Under the pieces are notes generated by a model. The model saw only the letters and a program-made list of their open reading frames with translations, was not told where the DNA came from and did not search any database. The position numbers and the translations under genes were made by a program. Source: Camelus ferus (lineage: Eukaryota). From it: 64,000 bases of DNA. The stretch is taken from the NCBI RefSeq assembly GCF_009834535.1, contig NC_045697.1, forward strand, positions 81,594,001 to 81,658,000, in the 5' to 3' direction. Shown here piece by piece: positions 52,690 to 64,000 of this stretch (the stretch's first letter is position 1; every line of letters starts with the position of its first letter).

Positions 52690-53110
52690 ATTACTGGCCT
52701 CTTGGGTATTTCTCAAACACACTAAGCAGGCTGCTGGCCTAGGCTGTAGTTCTGATATCCATTTACTCTCTCTGAACATTCTCCTCCAAAACGGATTTAT
52801 GTGATTCACTCCCTTTCTTCAAATCACATTGGCTCAAATTCTATTTAACACATATTACTTTCCTGATTACTTGATATTTAAAATGGAAACTCTCTCATGC
52901 CTCCATCACTACCTCTATACTATGCATTTTTCCTTTTATATAGCTTTTTTGTCACTTGATGCATTACACATTTATTTTGTTTGTTCACTGAATGCCTCCC
53001 CTCACTACATTTACATCTCCATTAAGACTTTGTCCATGTGATTCACTATTGTATTTCAGTGCCTGACAAACTCCTGGGAAGTAGTAAGTCCTAGTAAATA
53101 TTTGTAGAAT
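52690..53110 (+). mobile_element. LINE-2 3' end
   Basis: ctggcctcttgggtatttctcaaacac...gattcactattgtatttcagtgcctgaca...gtaaatatttgtagaat. Confidence 0.75.
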
Positions 53111-53417
53111 ATGCAAATATATAAATATAACTAATCTGCACCCCTCCCTCAAACACACAAAAAAATGAACTTTAAATGTTTCATCTGTTCGTGACCTGGG
53201 CAACATAAATTGAAACCATAAAAGAGCCTTAGACTTGAAATAATAAAAGAAGAGAGCAATTTCTAGAACAAGACAAAGTGGACTGCATGGAGAGAACAAC
53301 CTGACCAGAGATGAAACCTTAGTCAGAAGATACTGAATGCATCCTCAGCCCATGGTAGCTGCAAAATAAGGGAGCCTAAAAATATAAGACCCTAATCTCA
53401 CTCTCCTCTTATCTCCA

Positions 53418-54322
53418 AAACAAAAAAACAGTCTACAGAATAGGAGAAAATATTTGCAAATGATATAACCTATAAGGGATTAATAGCCAACATATATAAA
53501 CAGCTCATACAAATCAATATCCAAAAAAAAAAACTATCTGATTAAAAAATGGGCAGAAGAACTGAATAGACATTTTTCCAAAGAGGAAATACAAATCGCC
53601 AACAGGCTTATGAAAAGATGCTCAACATTGCTAATCAACAGGAAGATACAAATCAAAACCACAATGAGATATCACCTCACACCTGTCAGAATGGCTATCA
53701 TTGAAACAAACAAACACACACACAAATAACAAGTGTTGGCAAGAATGTGGAGAAAAGGGAACCCTCCTACAATGTTGGTGGGAATGTGAACTGTTGCAGC
53801 CACTGTGAAAAACAGTATGGAAGTTTCTCAAAGAACCAAACACAGAATTACCATATGACCCAGCAATTCCACTCCTAGGTATATATCTGAAAAAAAATAA
53901 AACACTAATTCAAAAAGATACGTTCACCTCCATGTTCATAGCAGTATTATTTACAATGGTCAAGATATGAAAGCAACCAAAGTTTCCATCAATGGATGAA
54001 TGGATAAAGGAGATGTGGTACATATGTATAAATGGAATACTACTCAGTCATAAAAGTGAAAATTTGCCATTTGCAGCAACATGGATTGCTTTGTAGGGCA
54101 TTATGCTAAGTGAAATAAGCCAGACAGAGAAAAGATAAATACTATGTATCACTTACATGTGAAATATTTAAAAAATCAACAAATTAGTGAATATAATAAG
54201 AAAGAAGTAGAGTGACAGATACAGAGACCAAATCAGTGGTTACCAGTGGGGAGAGGCAATTTAAGGGTATGGGAGTAGAAGGTACGAACTATTGGGTATG
54301 GGTAAACTACCAGGATATGTTC
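53418..54322 (+). mobile_element. LINE-1 ORF2 end and partial 3'UTR
   Basis: gagaaaatatttgcaaatgat, gatatcacctcacacctgtcagaatggc, ccatatgacccagcaattccactcctagg. Confidence 0.95.
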
Positions 54323-55790
54323 ATTAAAAGATATAATTAGGAGAGAGAATAAAAGCAATTTTTTGAGTGGAAAAAGATTTCCAATAATATATCCAACAAA
54401 GTGTTAATATAGAGAATACATATTTAATTCTTCCAAATTCATGAAATAAATAAAAGGAAGGCAACAAAATTTTAAAAATAAGCAAAAGACTCAAACAGAT
54501 ACTTCACAAATAAAGGATATCCAAAGATAAGAAACATGAAAAACGTATCAGTCTTCTAATTATCATTAGAATCCGTATCAAAATCACAATGTGAAATACT
54601 GTACATTACTAGAATGACTAAAATGGAAAAATCAGAGAACATGTAGTGTTGAGAATGTAGAATAACAGGAGACCTTGTAGATTGCTAGAGTGTATAGACG
54701 TTTTGGAAAACTGTTTGGCAGAATCTACTAAATTTGACACTGTGTGACCCAAACAGGTTATCCTACTATAAATGCTAAATAAAATGCATATATGTATTCA
54801 CAAAGCCATCTATCTACAAAAATGCTATTAGTAGCAGCATCATGGAAGGCAGAATAATGCCACCCCTCCCCTACAGGATATCACCCACAACTTATCCTGA
54901 GAAGCTAAAATTATGTTATGGTACATGGTAGAAGGGGCTTTGCAGATACAGTTATCTTTAAGGATCTTAAAATAGACTATTTTGGATTACTTAGGTAGGT
55001 CCAATCTAATCACATGAGCCCTTAAAAGCAAAGAACTTCCTCCTACTGAGAAGAGATGTGGCACAAGCAGAAGTGAGAGAGATGTGAAGCATAAGGACTC
55101 TGAGAAGTTGCTGGTTTGAAGCTGGAGGTGGCACCATGACAAGGAATGTAGGAGCTGAGAGAGGCTTCCATGAACATCTGAAAGCAAAAGGGAAATTCAA
55201 CCCTACAATTGAAATGAACTGAATTCTACCAACAAACTGAAGGATCCTAGAGGTAGACTCGTCCCCAGAGCTTCCAGATAGATATCTTAGTCAGTCTAGT
55301 GAGACCTGGGGCAGGGATCCAAAGAAGCCCATGTAGACTTCTGACTTCCAGAACTGAGAGATAAATGTGTTTCTATCTACTAATTTGCATTAATTTGTTA
55401 TGGCAGTAATAGAAAACTAATACATTTATTCATTACAGCCTCACACTAGAAACAACCTGAATTTTCCTCTCAGAAGAATGAATACAAACACGGTGGCATG
55501 AACATACAATGCAATGAAATACAGCAATGAAAACACACCGCCACTTTACACAACACCATAAATCTCATGAACAAAGTATTGAATAAAAAAAGCCAGAGAT
55601 GACAGAGTACATCCTGTATGGTTAAGTGTTTCCGGATATTAAGATAATGCAGAACTTGCGCAGGAATCCTGACTGGAAGGATGCATGGGAAATGTCTGAG
55701 GTTTGGGTAATACTGTTTCTTTTACTTATTGCTAGTTGCCAGATTGTGTTCACTTTGAGAACATTTATTAGCTTGCATACTAATAATTGC
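54323..55790 (+). mobile_element. Old L1ME-type 3' fragment interrupted by MLT1
   Basis: Decayed ORF2-end motifs. The host reads through the LTR (gtagcagcat | tttattcattacagcc). Confidence 0.75.
54841..55424 (+). mobile_element. MaLR solo LTR (MLT1D/E-like)
   Basis: ggcagaataatg start; ccaatctaatcacatgagcccttaaaagc; ttgttatggcagtaatagaaaactaataca end. Confidence 0.92.
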
Positions 55791-55859
55791 TCTTATAAAA
55801 CATTGAGAGAATGTACAGTAGTAAATATCAAGATTTTTTTATAGACCTAATGTAAAATA

Positions 55860-56950
55860 AATGATTGTAATACTGATGCAATAATAAAAACAAATAGGCC
55901 AACAAACAGAACAGAAATTCAAGAAATTTTCATACAGATATGACTATGTAATTTATGGTTAATGAGACTGTCTTACAGCAGGAAAATGTCTTTTCAATTG
56001 GTTCAATTGGATATCCATATTGAAAAAATAAGTTTTGAGTCACATCTCATACTCTATTTAAAAATTAATTTCATATGGGTTATAGATCTAAAAAGGAAAA
56101 GAGAAATAATAAAGGCTTTAGATGAAAACCTATTTGGGGTAGGCAAAAATTTTTTAAACAGGACACAAAAGCATTAACCATGAAAGAAAATATATATCTA
56201 TCTATACATACAATTTGAATTACATTAAAATTAAAAAAATCTGATAATCAAAAAAAATCTTGAGAGTGAAAATAAAATTTTCATAGTGAGAAAAATAATT
56301 GCATTATGTATCAGAGAAAAAAATCTGTATCTCTATCTTCTATCTATATCCATCTGTCTATCTATCTATCTATCATCATCATCATTTATTTACTTCTGCA
56401 AAATAAATAAAAATAAATCAGGATAACCAATAGAAAAGACGTGGGGCTGCAGGGAGGGGGAAATGTGGAGTTGCTGTTAAAAAGTATAAAGTTTCATTTA
56501 CGCAAAATGAATAAGTTGTAGACATCTCGTGTAAAGCAATGTACTTGTGATTAACAATTCTGTATTGTGCACTTAAAAACTTGGTAAGAGGGTATCTATC
56601 AGGTTAAGTGTTCTTACACACTTCAGGAAAAGAAAAAGAAAAAATGTGCAAAATGTATGACAGACAAAGCATAGAAGAGATCTAAATGACCAAATACTAG
56701 AAAAGTTGCTCAATTTCATTGGATTTCAGGATAATTCAAATTAAAATCACCATGTCCCACCATTATACATCAGCTGAATCATTAAACCTAAAAAAAAACC
56801 AAAAACAACAACTCATACAAATGTTATTGACGCTATGAAGCAATTTGAAATCACATACACTGTTGGTGGGAGCTTTAATGAATAACTACTTTGAAAACTG
56901 TATGGCTGTATGTACTACAGAGGATCATACATACATAACCTATAATACAG
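55860..56950 (+). mobile_element. Old L1ME-type ORF2 fragment
   Basis: ORF 55962-56177 (YLKINFIWVIDLK...LGVGKNFLNRTQK-like). Contains a (CTAT)n tract near 56330-56375. Confidence 0.75.
56444..56636 (+). mobile_element. Short L1 3'UTR insertion nested in the older L1
   Basis: ggggctgcagggagggggaaatgtggagttg...ttaagtgttcttacaca. Degenerate TSD agaaaa(g/a)a(c/t)gtg at 56432-56443 and 56637-56648. Confidence 0.75.
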
Positions 56951-59199
56951 GATTTCTACCTTCTTTTTATTTTAATTACTTTTTAACTTTCCTTGGAGTT
57001 GTATTCATTCGTAAGCCTTTTTGTGCTGAATGCTGTGTTCACCCATGTGAATTTTTCTTACTTAATAGTAAATATGCTTAAGACTATACATTTGTCTAAA
57101 AGCTCAAGTTTGGCTGTATTTAAAATTATCTACTGATCATTATTGAATTTACTTTGTCAGAAACTGACAATGCATTGTTTCCTCAACAGTCATTTTTCCT
57201 TCATTTTCTTCCATATATTTCTAGCAATTCCCTTTAGTACATTTAACTGGCTTCATACTGAATCTGTGATTTAGACTGTTTTATATTCACTTGAGAAAAT
57301 GTCTTTTCAAAGTGTCCTTGTTGATGTTCATAATAATAGTTTCTTTAAAAATACCCTAATATTAGCGTTGTCCCACTTATTTTCTTATAGTTTATAATTG
57401 TCAAGTAAACATTTTTTCTATTTTTTATTATTACTCCTTCCATGTCATTTAGCTTTATTTCAGGAGTGATGTTTTTATGCTGGAATAGTAACAGTTCCAA
57501 GTGAGTGAATACCCTCAAGGAATAACATTTTTAATATCTTTTCGAGTTTTAGAGTATTTAAGACTGTGATTCTAAAAGATTATTTAGACAGTTTATTTTG
57601 ACTTATTGTAAAAGCTGAGAAATACTTTTTAGGGTAATGATAATTGCTTCTCTATATAGCACAAATGCAACAGATAACTTTTGAAACAATTTTTAAGATT
57701 CTCATTATGTATTGCATTATCATTGATCTGAGTTTTAAGGAATATACTTTCACTTAAAATCTATTTCATAAAAACAATATTCTCTAGCTGGAGAAAACAG
57801 ATCATCTGCTTCTATAATAACACAATATTTCATTTTTAAACACTTGGCCTATGTAGTTAACATGAATCTCTTACCAGTTTTAAATAAAATGTGAACTAAG
57901 TCTATACTACAATATGATATTAAAATATCTTATGCTTTATTTATTTTTCTCTGATTTACTGAGTGGTTAATCTTTTCATAATTGAGAGAATGATCCTTTT
58001 CATTTCAGCACTTTATTCTACATGCTATATTTATTCCTTTACTTTGCTACAACATATATTTTACCTTTTCCCTATGAATTGAGTTTTCTTTCAGCAATAT
58101 TACAGTGAAGAATAAACAGTAGAAATAGCCCATTTTCTTCACATTATTAAGAATCAGAAAAGTTTGTTATTCGTGCATCAACAGAGCCAAACTTCCTTTT
58201 CCCTCAGCTACATTTTTTTCCCCTTAAGGATGCCTAGAGAAAAGTTTAACGTGAAATGGCTTTCTATTTTAGTATTTTCTCAAAAGGATGATTAATAAAT
58301 GCTTTAAACAGTTGTTTAATTTGGTATTTTGTTTATAATTGGTAAGAATAAAGATATTTTTGGCCTTTATTGACTATTCAAATTTCTACTTCTGTCTTTG
58401 ATTTTCACGTGCACTGTGAAATTTATATTAAGTATTAGGCTTTCTCACATCAATTTCTTGGAGTTATTATGAATATGAGTACTTTGTTGTATATATCACA
58501 TATTAATGTTATGGGTCTGTGGCTTATGTGCAAATCTGTTTATGATACTTGTGCTGTTCCTAAGCATTTAATTAACAAGCATACACTGCTTACACATTTG
58601 TCTTTGCACTTCTGATGCCCATGCTGTCCATGCCTTATTTAAATATATTATCTTACATTTCTTAGTAGTACTTTAGATAATGTTAGTGGTACTTATTTTT
58701 GTAAATGCTCTAAGAAAGATGTCTAATTTTCTATAAATTGTCTCAGCATTTTTGCTGCATTATTTATTTCTTCATTCCTCCCTTGTCTGAAAAGCGGCCA
58801 TGATCATATGATAGAATCCTTATGTACCTGAATAAATTTCTAGATTATCTATTTTATACAATTGATATATTTATCTAATCCTACGCAAATGTGGCCTGAT
58901 GTCTTTCTAGATAATGGGCAAAAAAGTGATTGATTCGAGTTCATATATTTTTTTTCCCTGTTCATTTTCTATTCTTAATTTTACCTTTTCTTGTGAAGTC
59001 TCTCCTTAAACTGAGCTGACTGGAAGCTGACCACGTTGACAGTTAGAAATGTAATTTCTTTAAAAATACTTTAATATTAGGGTTGTGTCACTTGTATTCT
59101 TATGGTTTATAATTGCCCAATAATTACCCAGTCTTATTGTAAGTCTTTTCATGTCCTTTTGCATTTGGGCTTATGCAGCAAAATAACTGCAGTTTTAAA

Positions 59200-59345
59200 A
59201 GTGTGGTCCAATGAGTTTCTTGTCCTCTGACCAATCAGATAAGTAACACTTCCCTCAGGGAAGAGATGACACGAGATGGTTAAGAAGTTGAAACTTTCAC
59301 TAAAATCCACTCACGTGGGGAGGGTGGTTGGAATTTTCCATATCT
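59200..59345. promoter_or_regulatory. Candidate regulatory motif cluster
   Basis: CCAAT at 59208, gaCCAATcag at 59231, AGATAA at 59237, CACGTG at 59312, a GT-box and GGAATTTTCC at 59330. Confidence 0.3.
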
Positions 59346-59544
59346 GTATGCATATTACCACACCCCAATAGAAACTAGACAGGAACATCCTTTTTATTCC
59401 CAAGTTTGTTTTTTTTTTCACCCCATAAAGTTTAACATTCAGGGCTACGCTGGTCTCTCTGGAAGAAAACAGTAACATATCAGGCCCTGCTCTCCAGTAT
59501 GTTAGCCCAGTAACTTCGCCCTGTCACTCTTCTTATGCATGCTA

Positions 59545-59711
59545 TGGCTTTGCTAATTCAAAGGGCATGCTGAGAACCACTCCCACTGGCATCAGCTCAC
59601 AATTTGTTAAAGATGCAAAAACTCAAACCCCACTCAGACATAATGAATCTAAATCTTCATTTTTATAAAAAAGTCACAGATGACTAGTAAAGTTTGAAGG
59701 ACAGTATTCTA
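59545..59711. mobile_element. MER5A-like hAT-Charlie element
   Basis: ggcatcagctcacaatttgttaaagatgcaaaaactcaaacccca...gaatctaaatc...taaagtttgaaggacagtattcta. Confidence 0.6.
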
Positions 59712-59924
59712 TAAGAGTCAAAGATGAATGATTGAAAAAGTACTGAGGTATTGATTATAGAAACCTCCAAAACAGATCAAATGAGGGCTTAAATTCATGT
59801 CAAAGCTATAGCACAATCTTTGAGGATAAGTTTATTTTTTGTTCAACTTTCCATCTCAAACTATGCCTGGCTGTAGTGCCCTATATAGCTCACCAGAGAA
59901 TCACTTAAAAAAATTCCCAAGTTG

Positions 59925-60075
59925 GGGGAGGGTACAGCTCTAGTGGTAGAGTGCATGCTTAGTATACACAAAGTCCTGGGTTCAATCTCCAGTACTTCCT
60001 CTAAAAATAAATAAATAAACCTAACTACCCCCCCCAAAAATAAATCAATTAATTCTTAAAAAAAAATTAGTTAAA
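59925..60075 (+). mobile_element. tRNA-Ala-derived camelid SINE (vic-1 type)
   Basis: ggggagggtacagctctagtggtagagtgcatgcttagtatacacaaagtcctgggttcaatctccag with Pol III A/B boxes and an A-rich tail. TSD aaaaaaattccca(a/g)gttg at 59907-59924 and 60076-60093. Confidence 0.93.
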
Positions 60076-63000
60076 AAAAAAATTCCCAGGTTGATCTCAT
60101 TATTAAATTACATGAATGAACTAAAATGCCAAATGAAAATACATTACCTTTTATTAAATAAAGGTGAAGAAAATTAAAGTGTAAAATTCTTCACTTTCTA
60201 ATGTATTATTAATTATACACACATATATGTATACATAATGTGTATGTCACATTATTTGGTAAGGATTAGGAAACACTGGATTTGATGTTTACTGTGTTGA
60301 ACTCTATTTCTCTTATCTTTATTTGGGTTGCACCCTGAACCAGCATAAAGTCATGGCAGCATTAAACCTGTGAATTCATATGGTCAAACTACAGGTTCTA
60401 GAATTATTCCCTTCATCAGTTTCTTACTCACTTCCGTACAGGCTCTCAAACTGATTTCAGATTTTTCAGTATATATACTCTGATTATGATGCTGTACTTT
60501 AAGAATTGAGATAGCAAGTTAATTCCCAGAATGGAGATAAATTTTATAAATAAACACATAAACCAATATGGAGACTTTTGTGTACAGAGTACACATCATC
60601 TGTCACCATTATTTTTAAAGAAGTGACAAAAACAAAGACTTAATGGAATTACTAAAAGCTTCAAAGGCAAAGAAGACCATTATAACAGTGTGTACCTGAA
60701 AACTGTCTCAAGGCAGCAGGTTTGATTGGAGACTTAGAAAGAGATTGAGTAGGAAAAAGCAATGGAAGGAAAAATAAAATAAAGCATTTCTTAGTGAAAA
60801 ATGTTAAAAACTTAGTAGCTAGCTAGCTAGATGTATATATATACACACACATACAAGTTAAAAGATAAATATCCCAAAGTATTGCTAAAATTGGGCTAGG
60901 AAATACTGAATAGTGTACTTATTCCTAAGTCAAAGAGGCAACTGGGACCCAACACTGTTCAACAAAGTCAAGATATTAGTGGTCATGCTGGAATTATATA
61001 CCCAGGGGAAAGCAGGATCAAGAACAATAATTAAGAGATGTGCTCTGAAACTGGTAGAGAGAAGGCTGATTATTACAGCAATTGAGGAAAATCTCCAAAT
61101 CATTTGGTCAGTAGTTGTTAGGTGATTATACATTATTTGAAACAATTTTATGGAAAAGTCCTGAAAGCTCAGAGTGACAGTTGCTGTAGTTAGGAAAGTA
61201 TGTATGATCAGAGAAGCTTTAAAATTACAGCATTTGAGTTAGGGGGGTGTGTGTGTGTGAGTACGCGTGTGTCTACGTGTGGTGTGAGTATGAATGAGGT
61301 GAAGTGTTAGTCTGAGCTATATGAATGCACTGACAAAATATGCCTCCCAAACCTTGATTAGACATCGGGAAGATATCTCCTAGACGGATAACCATAAATA
61401 AGTGAGAGTCAACAGGATTTGTTTAAATAATGCATGTTTTGGCAGGCTCCAAATTATTGGCTCATTATATCTTACAAGGGAGGGCTCTGAAAGCAAAATA
61501 AAATGAAACATATTAGAACAAAAACAAGAAAGATTTGGCCTAAAACAAAGAGAAACGTCAAGGTACCATGGTACTGAGATACAGAAAACATATTTGTCCT
61601 CTCTATTGAAAAAGATACCAAATCAGCTTAAGAAACGGAAGAAAATTTAAACAATTTAGCTGGGCCTGCTTCAAAAGAATAGGAGAGAGAACATAAATAC
61701 AATACTTGGAAGCAGATATAAAAGTTATTTGAGGCCTAGAAAATTCAAATGCTGAGGAATGAAAGCAATAATGGACAGGTGATGGCATAGAGTTCATTGG
61801 TCTTCAGTGGCAATATAGGTACAAGCCTTGGAAATATTTACAGTAGTAGCTTAGTATCTGCTGAAGCTGATTCCTTCTTGACAATTATAGGAATGCATTC
61901 TTAGAAAGTAGGATTTATAAGTAGCTAAAGCATCCCACTTGTAGCAGTGGTACACAGAACTCTCAGAATCCTAAAGGAGATAAGAAAATGGGCAGGGAAG
62001 AGACAGATTGTATTTTTGGGAAAACACAAATGATCACACACTTGAGTGATGAGTGCTGTTATGAATGGAGGTACTATGTTCAAGAGAGAAAAGAGGCTAC
62101 AGTATATAAAGAAACAATTAAAAAAAACCAAAATGTGCATTTAATTCAGTACACACATGTCACAGATAATAACAGGAAAAGGAAAACTAAGGTATGTCTG
62201 GAGATGAGACATTTAAAGTGCTTTTATCCAATTTTCAGAATTTTATAAGTTAGGTTTGCTTCAAATATCACTCACTACAACAGGAGGCAGGATGCATAAG
62301 GATCCTGCATGGAGCAAAATGTCTCAGTAAACTCTATGCTGATAGGTTTCTATAAGTGAAGTAGTCCTTAGATTGTGGATCTCAGACAGCTGAGAGTGAC
62401 AGGTTTATATTCTGGATAACTGAACTCAAAAGAAATGCAGATTTCTCTCAGATTCCATGTCCTTTCAGCTTTTCCCAGAACATGTCAAATTACTGTCCAG
62501 GGCCATCAAGTGCATAACTCTGGGAATTTCAGTCACACAGAATAAGCTGAGAACGACTTTTTTTCCACAGAGTTGTGAAACAGGGACCCCTAGCTGGCTG
62601 TGGCAATAAGGGGGCATCAAGCATTAATTTTGCCAATATTGCACAAAAAAATTAAAATAACATGAAATGAAAAGTGATAAATTGTCACTCTATTATTTTC
62701 CTAAATAATAACCTCTCAGACTAATCCTGTGATTTGTATAAATAGAAAAAGTTTTAATTAAAATTTGTACTTTGACAAATACTCATGAGGTCATAATAAT
62801 TTTTCATATGGCCCACTGCAATTTCCTGATGTTCTAAAGGATTCAGAACTAATTCCTTATACATTTTATTTTTAAATGGTACATTTTTAATATTTTGATG
62901 CAAGTGTTCCAAGATGATGTAATTCAAAAACAAATTCCTAGCCAAAAGTGGTACTGCAATAGTAAATTGTTTTTACAGATTTTTATATTATTCACATATG

Positions 63001-64000
63001 CCATTAATCATCACTCTCTGATAACTATAAAAATACTTAGACTCCTTTATAAAAAAAATCACATTAAAATGGAAGTTTAACCATAAAGTGAACATATTTT
63101 GGGAATATATTTTATATTTTATAAGCTTACTCTTGGCTATATCTTTGTTGTGAACTTTCAAATCTCAGATTGCATCAGTCAGAGAGCTGGGAAATCAATG
63201 AGTCTGTTTTGGTGTTTGCATAAACACATGATGATCTTACCAAGAAAGGGTCATCCTTCTCTTATGGAGAGATAAAATTCCCAGAGCCATTCATCATTTT
63301 TGGGTCTGGTTTAAAAAAAAAAAAAAAAAAAGAGCTATTCTTAATTTTATGAAAAGCAACTTCTTTTTACTATCTGTGCTGTAAGAAGGAAAAGCTACTG
63401 AAAGCCAAATCGATGCTATAACATGTCCTGCCTAAATATGGTATTCAAATCTTTGGAAACTCACAGTTGGTATTCACAGCATTGTGTCAGCCAGAAAATA
63501 CCTCAAGTGTAGAGGAAAGACTGTAGATGCTGACTTGGATTAATGTTATCTTTTCAAACATCTTTATGACTTTGTAATTTTTGTCTCTGACGTACAAAAA
63601 TACAAAAAAAAAATTTATTATTATTACTTACTTAAACTTTAATATAAATAAAATGCATTCATGATAGTAAGCCAGATTATAATAGCCTTAGAGTCTAATG
63701 AAATATCTAAAATTTAAGAAAAGTTTTCCTGGAAAGTAAAAGGTGGCAGCATTTAAGAATACCTTACTGGGTTAACTTGGGAAAACAACAAGGACAACAG
63801 CAACAAAAACACAACACATAACAAGAGATAAATCTATTTTTCCAGTAAAGCTATTATACTATCTAAAATACAAAGATAAACTAGCATAAGGTTAAATCAC
63901 AGAAGAAAAATGAAAGAATAAGTGAAACGGACAGCTCCCCGTTGTCCAATTTTAAAGGTTATTTTCCTTTTGACATAATCACTTCTTTTATGTCACTCTG

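Noticed and set aside
53230..53415. Possible old ERVL LTR (LTR33-like) fragment
   Set aside because: The resemblance is limited to a short stretch and cannot be supported without an alignment.
59925..60000. Functional tRNA-Ala gene
   Set aside because: The stems are degenerate, and the A-rich tail and TSD mark it as a SINE.
1..64000. Naming the host gene or claiming a novel multi-gene system
   Set aside because: No exon or peptide was recognisable, and the structure seen is explained by known transposon classes.

Overview
AT-rich mammalian genomic DNA, most likely camelid (alpaca/camel): it carries a tRNA-Ala-derived vic-1-type SINE and young L1 3' ends of camelid type. About half the window is transposon-derived: LINE-1 of several ages (often nested), LINE-2, MIR, MaLR MLT1 LTRs, two ERV1-like solo LTRs, an ERVL integrase remnant and non-autonomous DNA transposons (MER82-, MER53-, MER5A-like). 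I found no host protein-coding gene that I can name. The protein-like ORFs in the track are retroelement remnants (L1 ORF2 pieces, an L2 endonuclease). L1s and LTRs lie mostly on the + strand, which suggests the window is inside the large introns of a minus-strand transcription unit. Candidate minus-strand exons (381-491, 10878-11341) and candidate plus-strand (antisense) exons (26691-26794, 27727 onward, 30607-30638) are supported only by splice signals. I see no convincing new biological system. The best-supported oddities are retrotransposition structures: a sense/antisense/sense L1 within one 15-bp TSD, an L1 with both ends but no middle, a tail-only insertion, and a Tigger-type element carrying MIR-like sequence. 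Family names come from my recall of consensus sequences, not from a database search. Boundaries without a stated TSD or terminal repeat are approximate.
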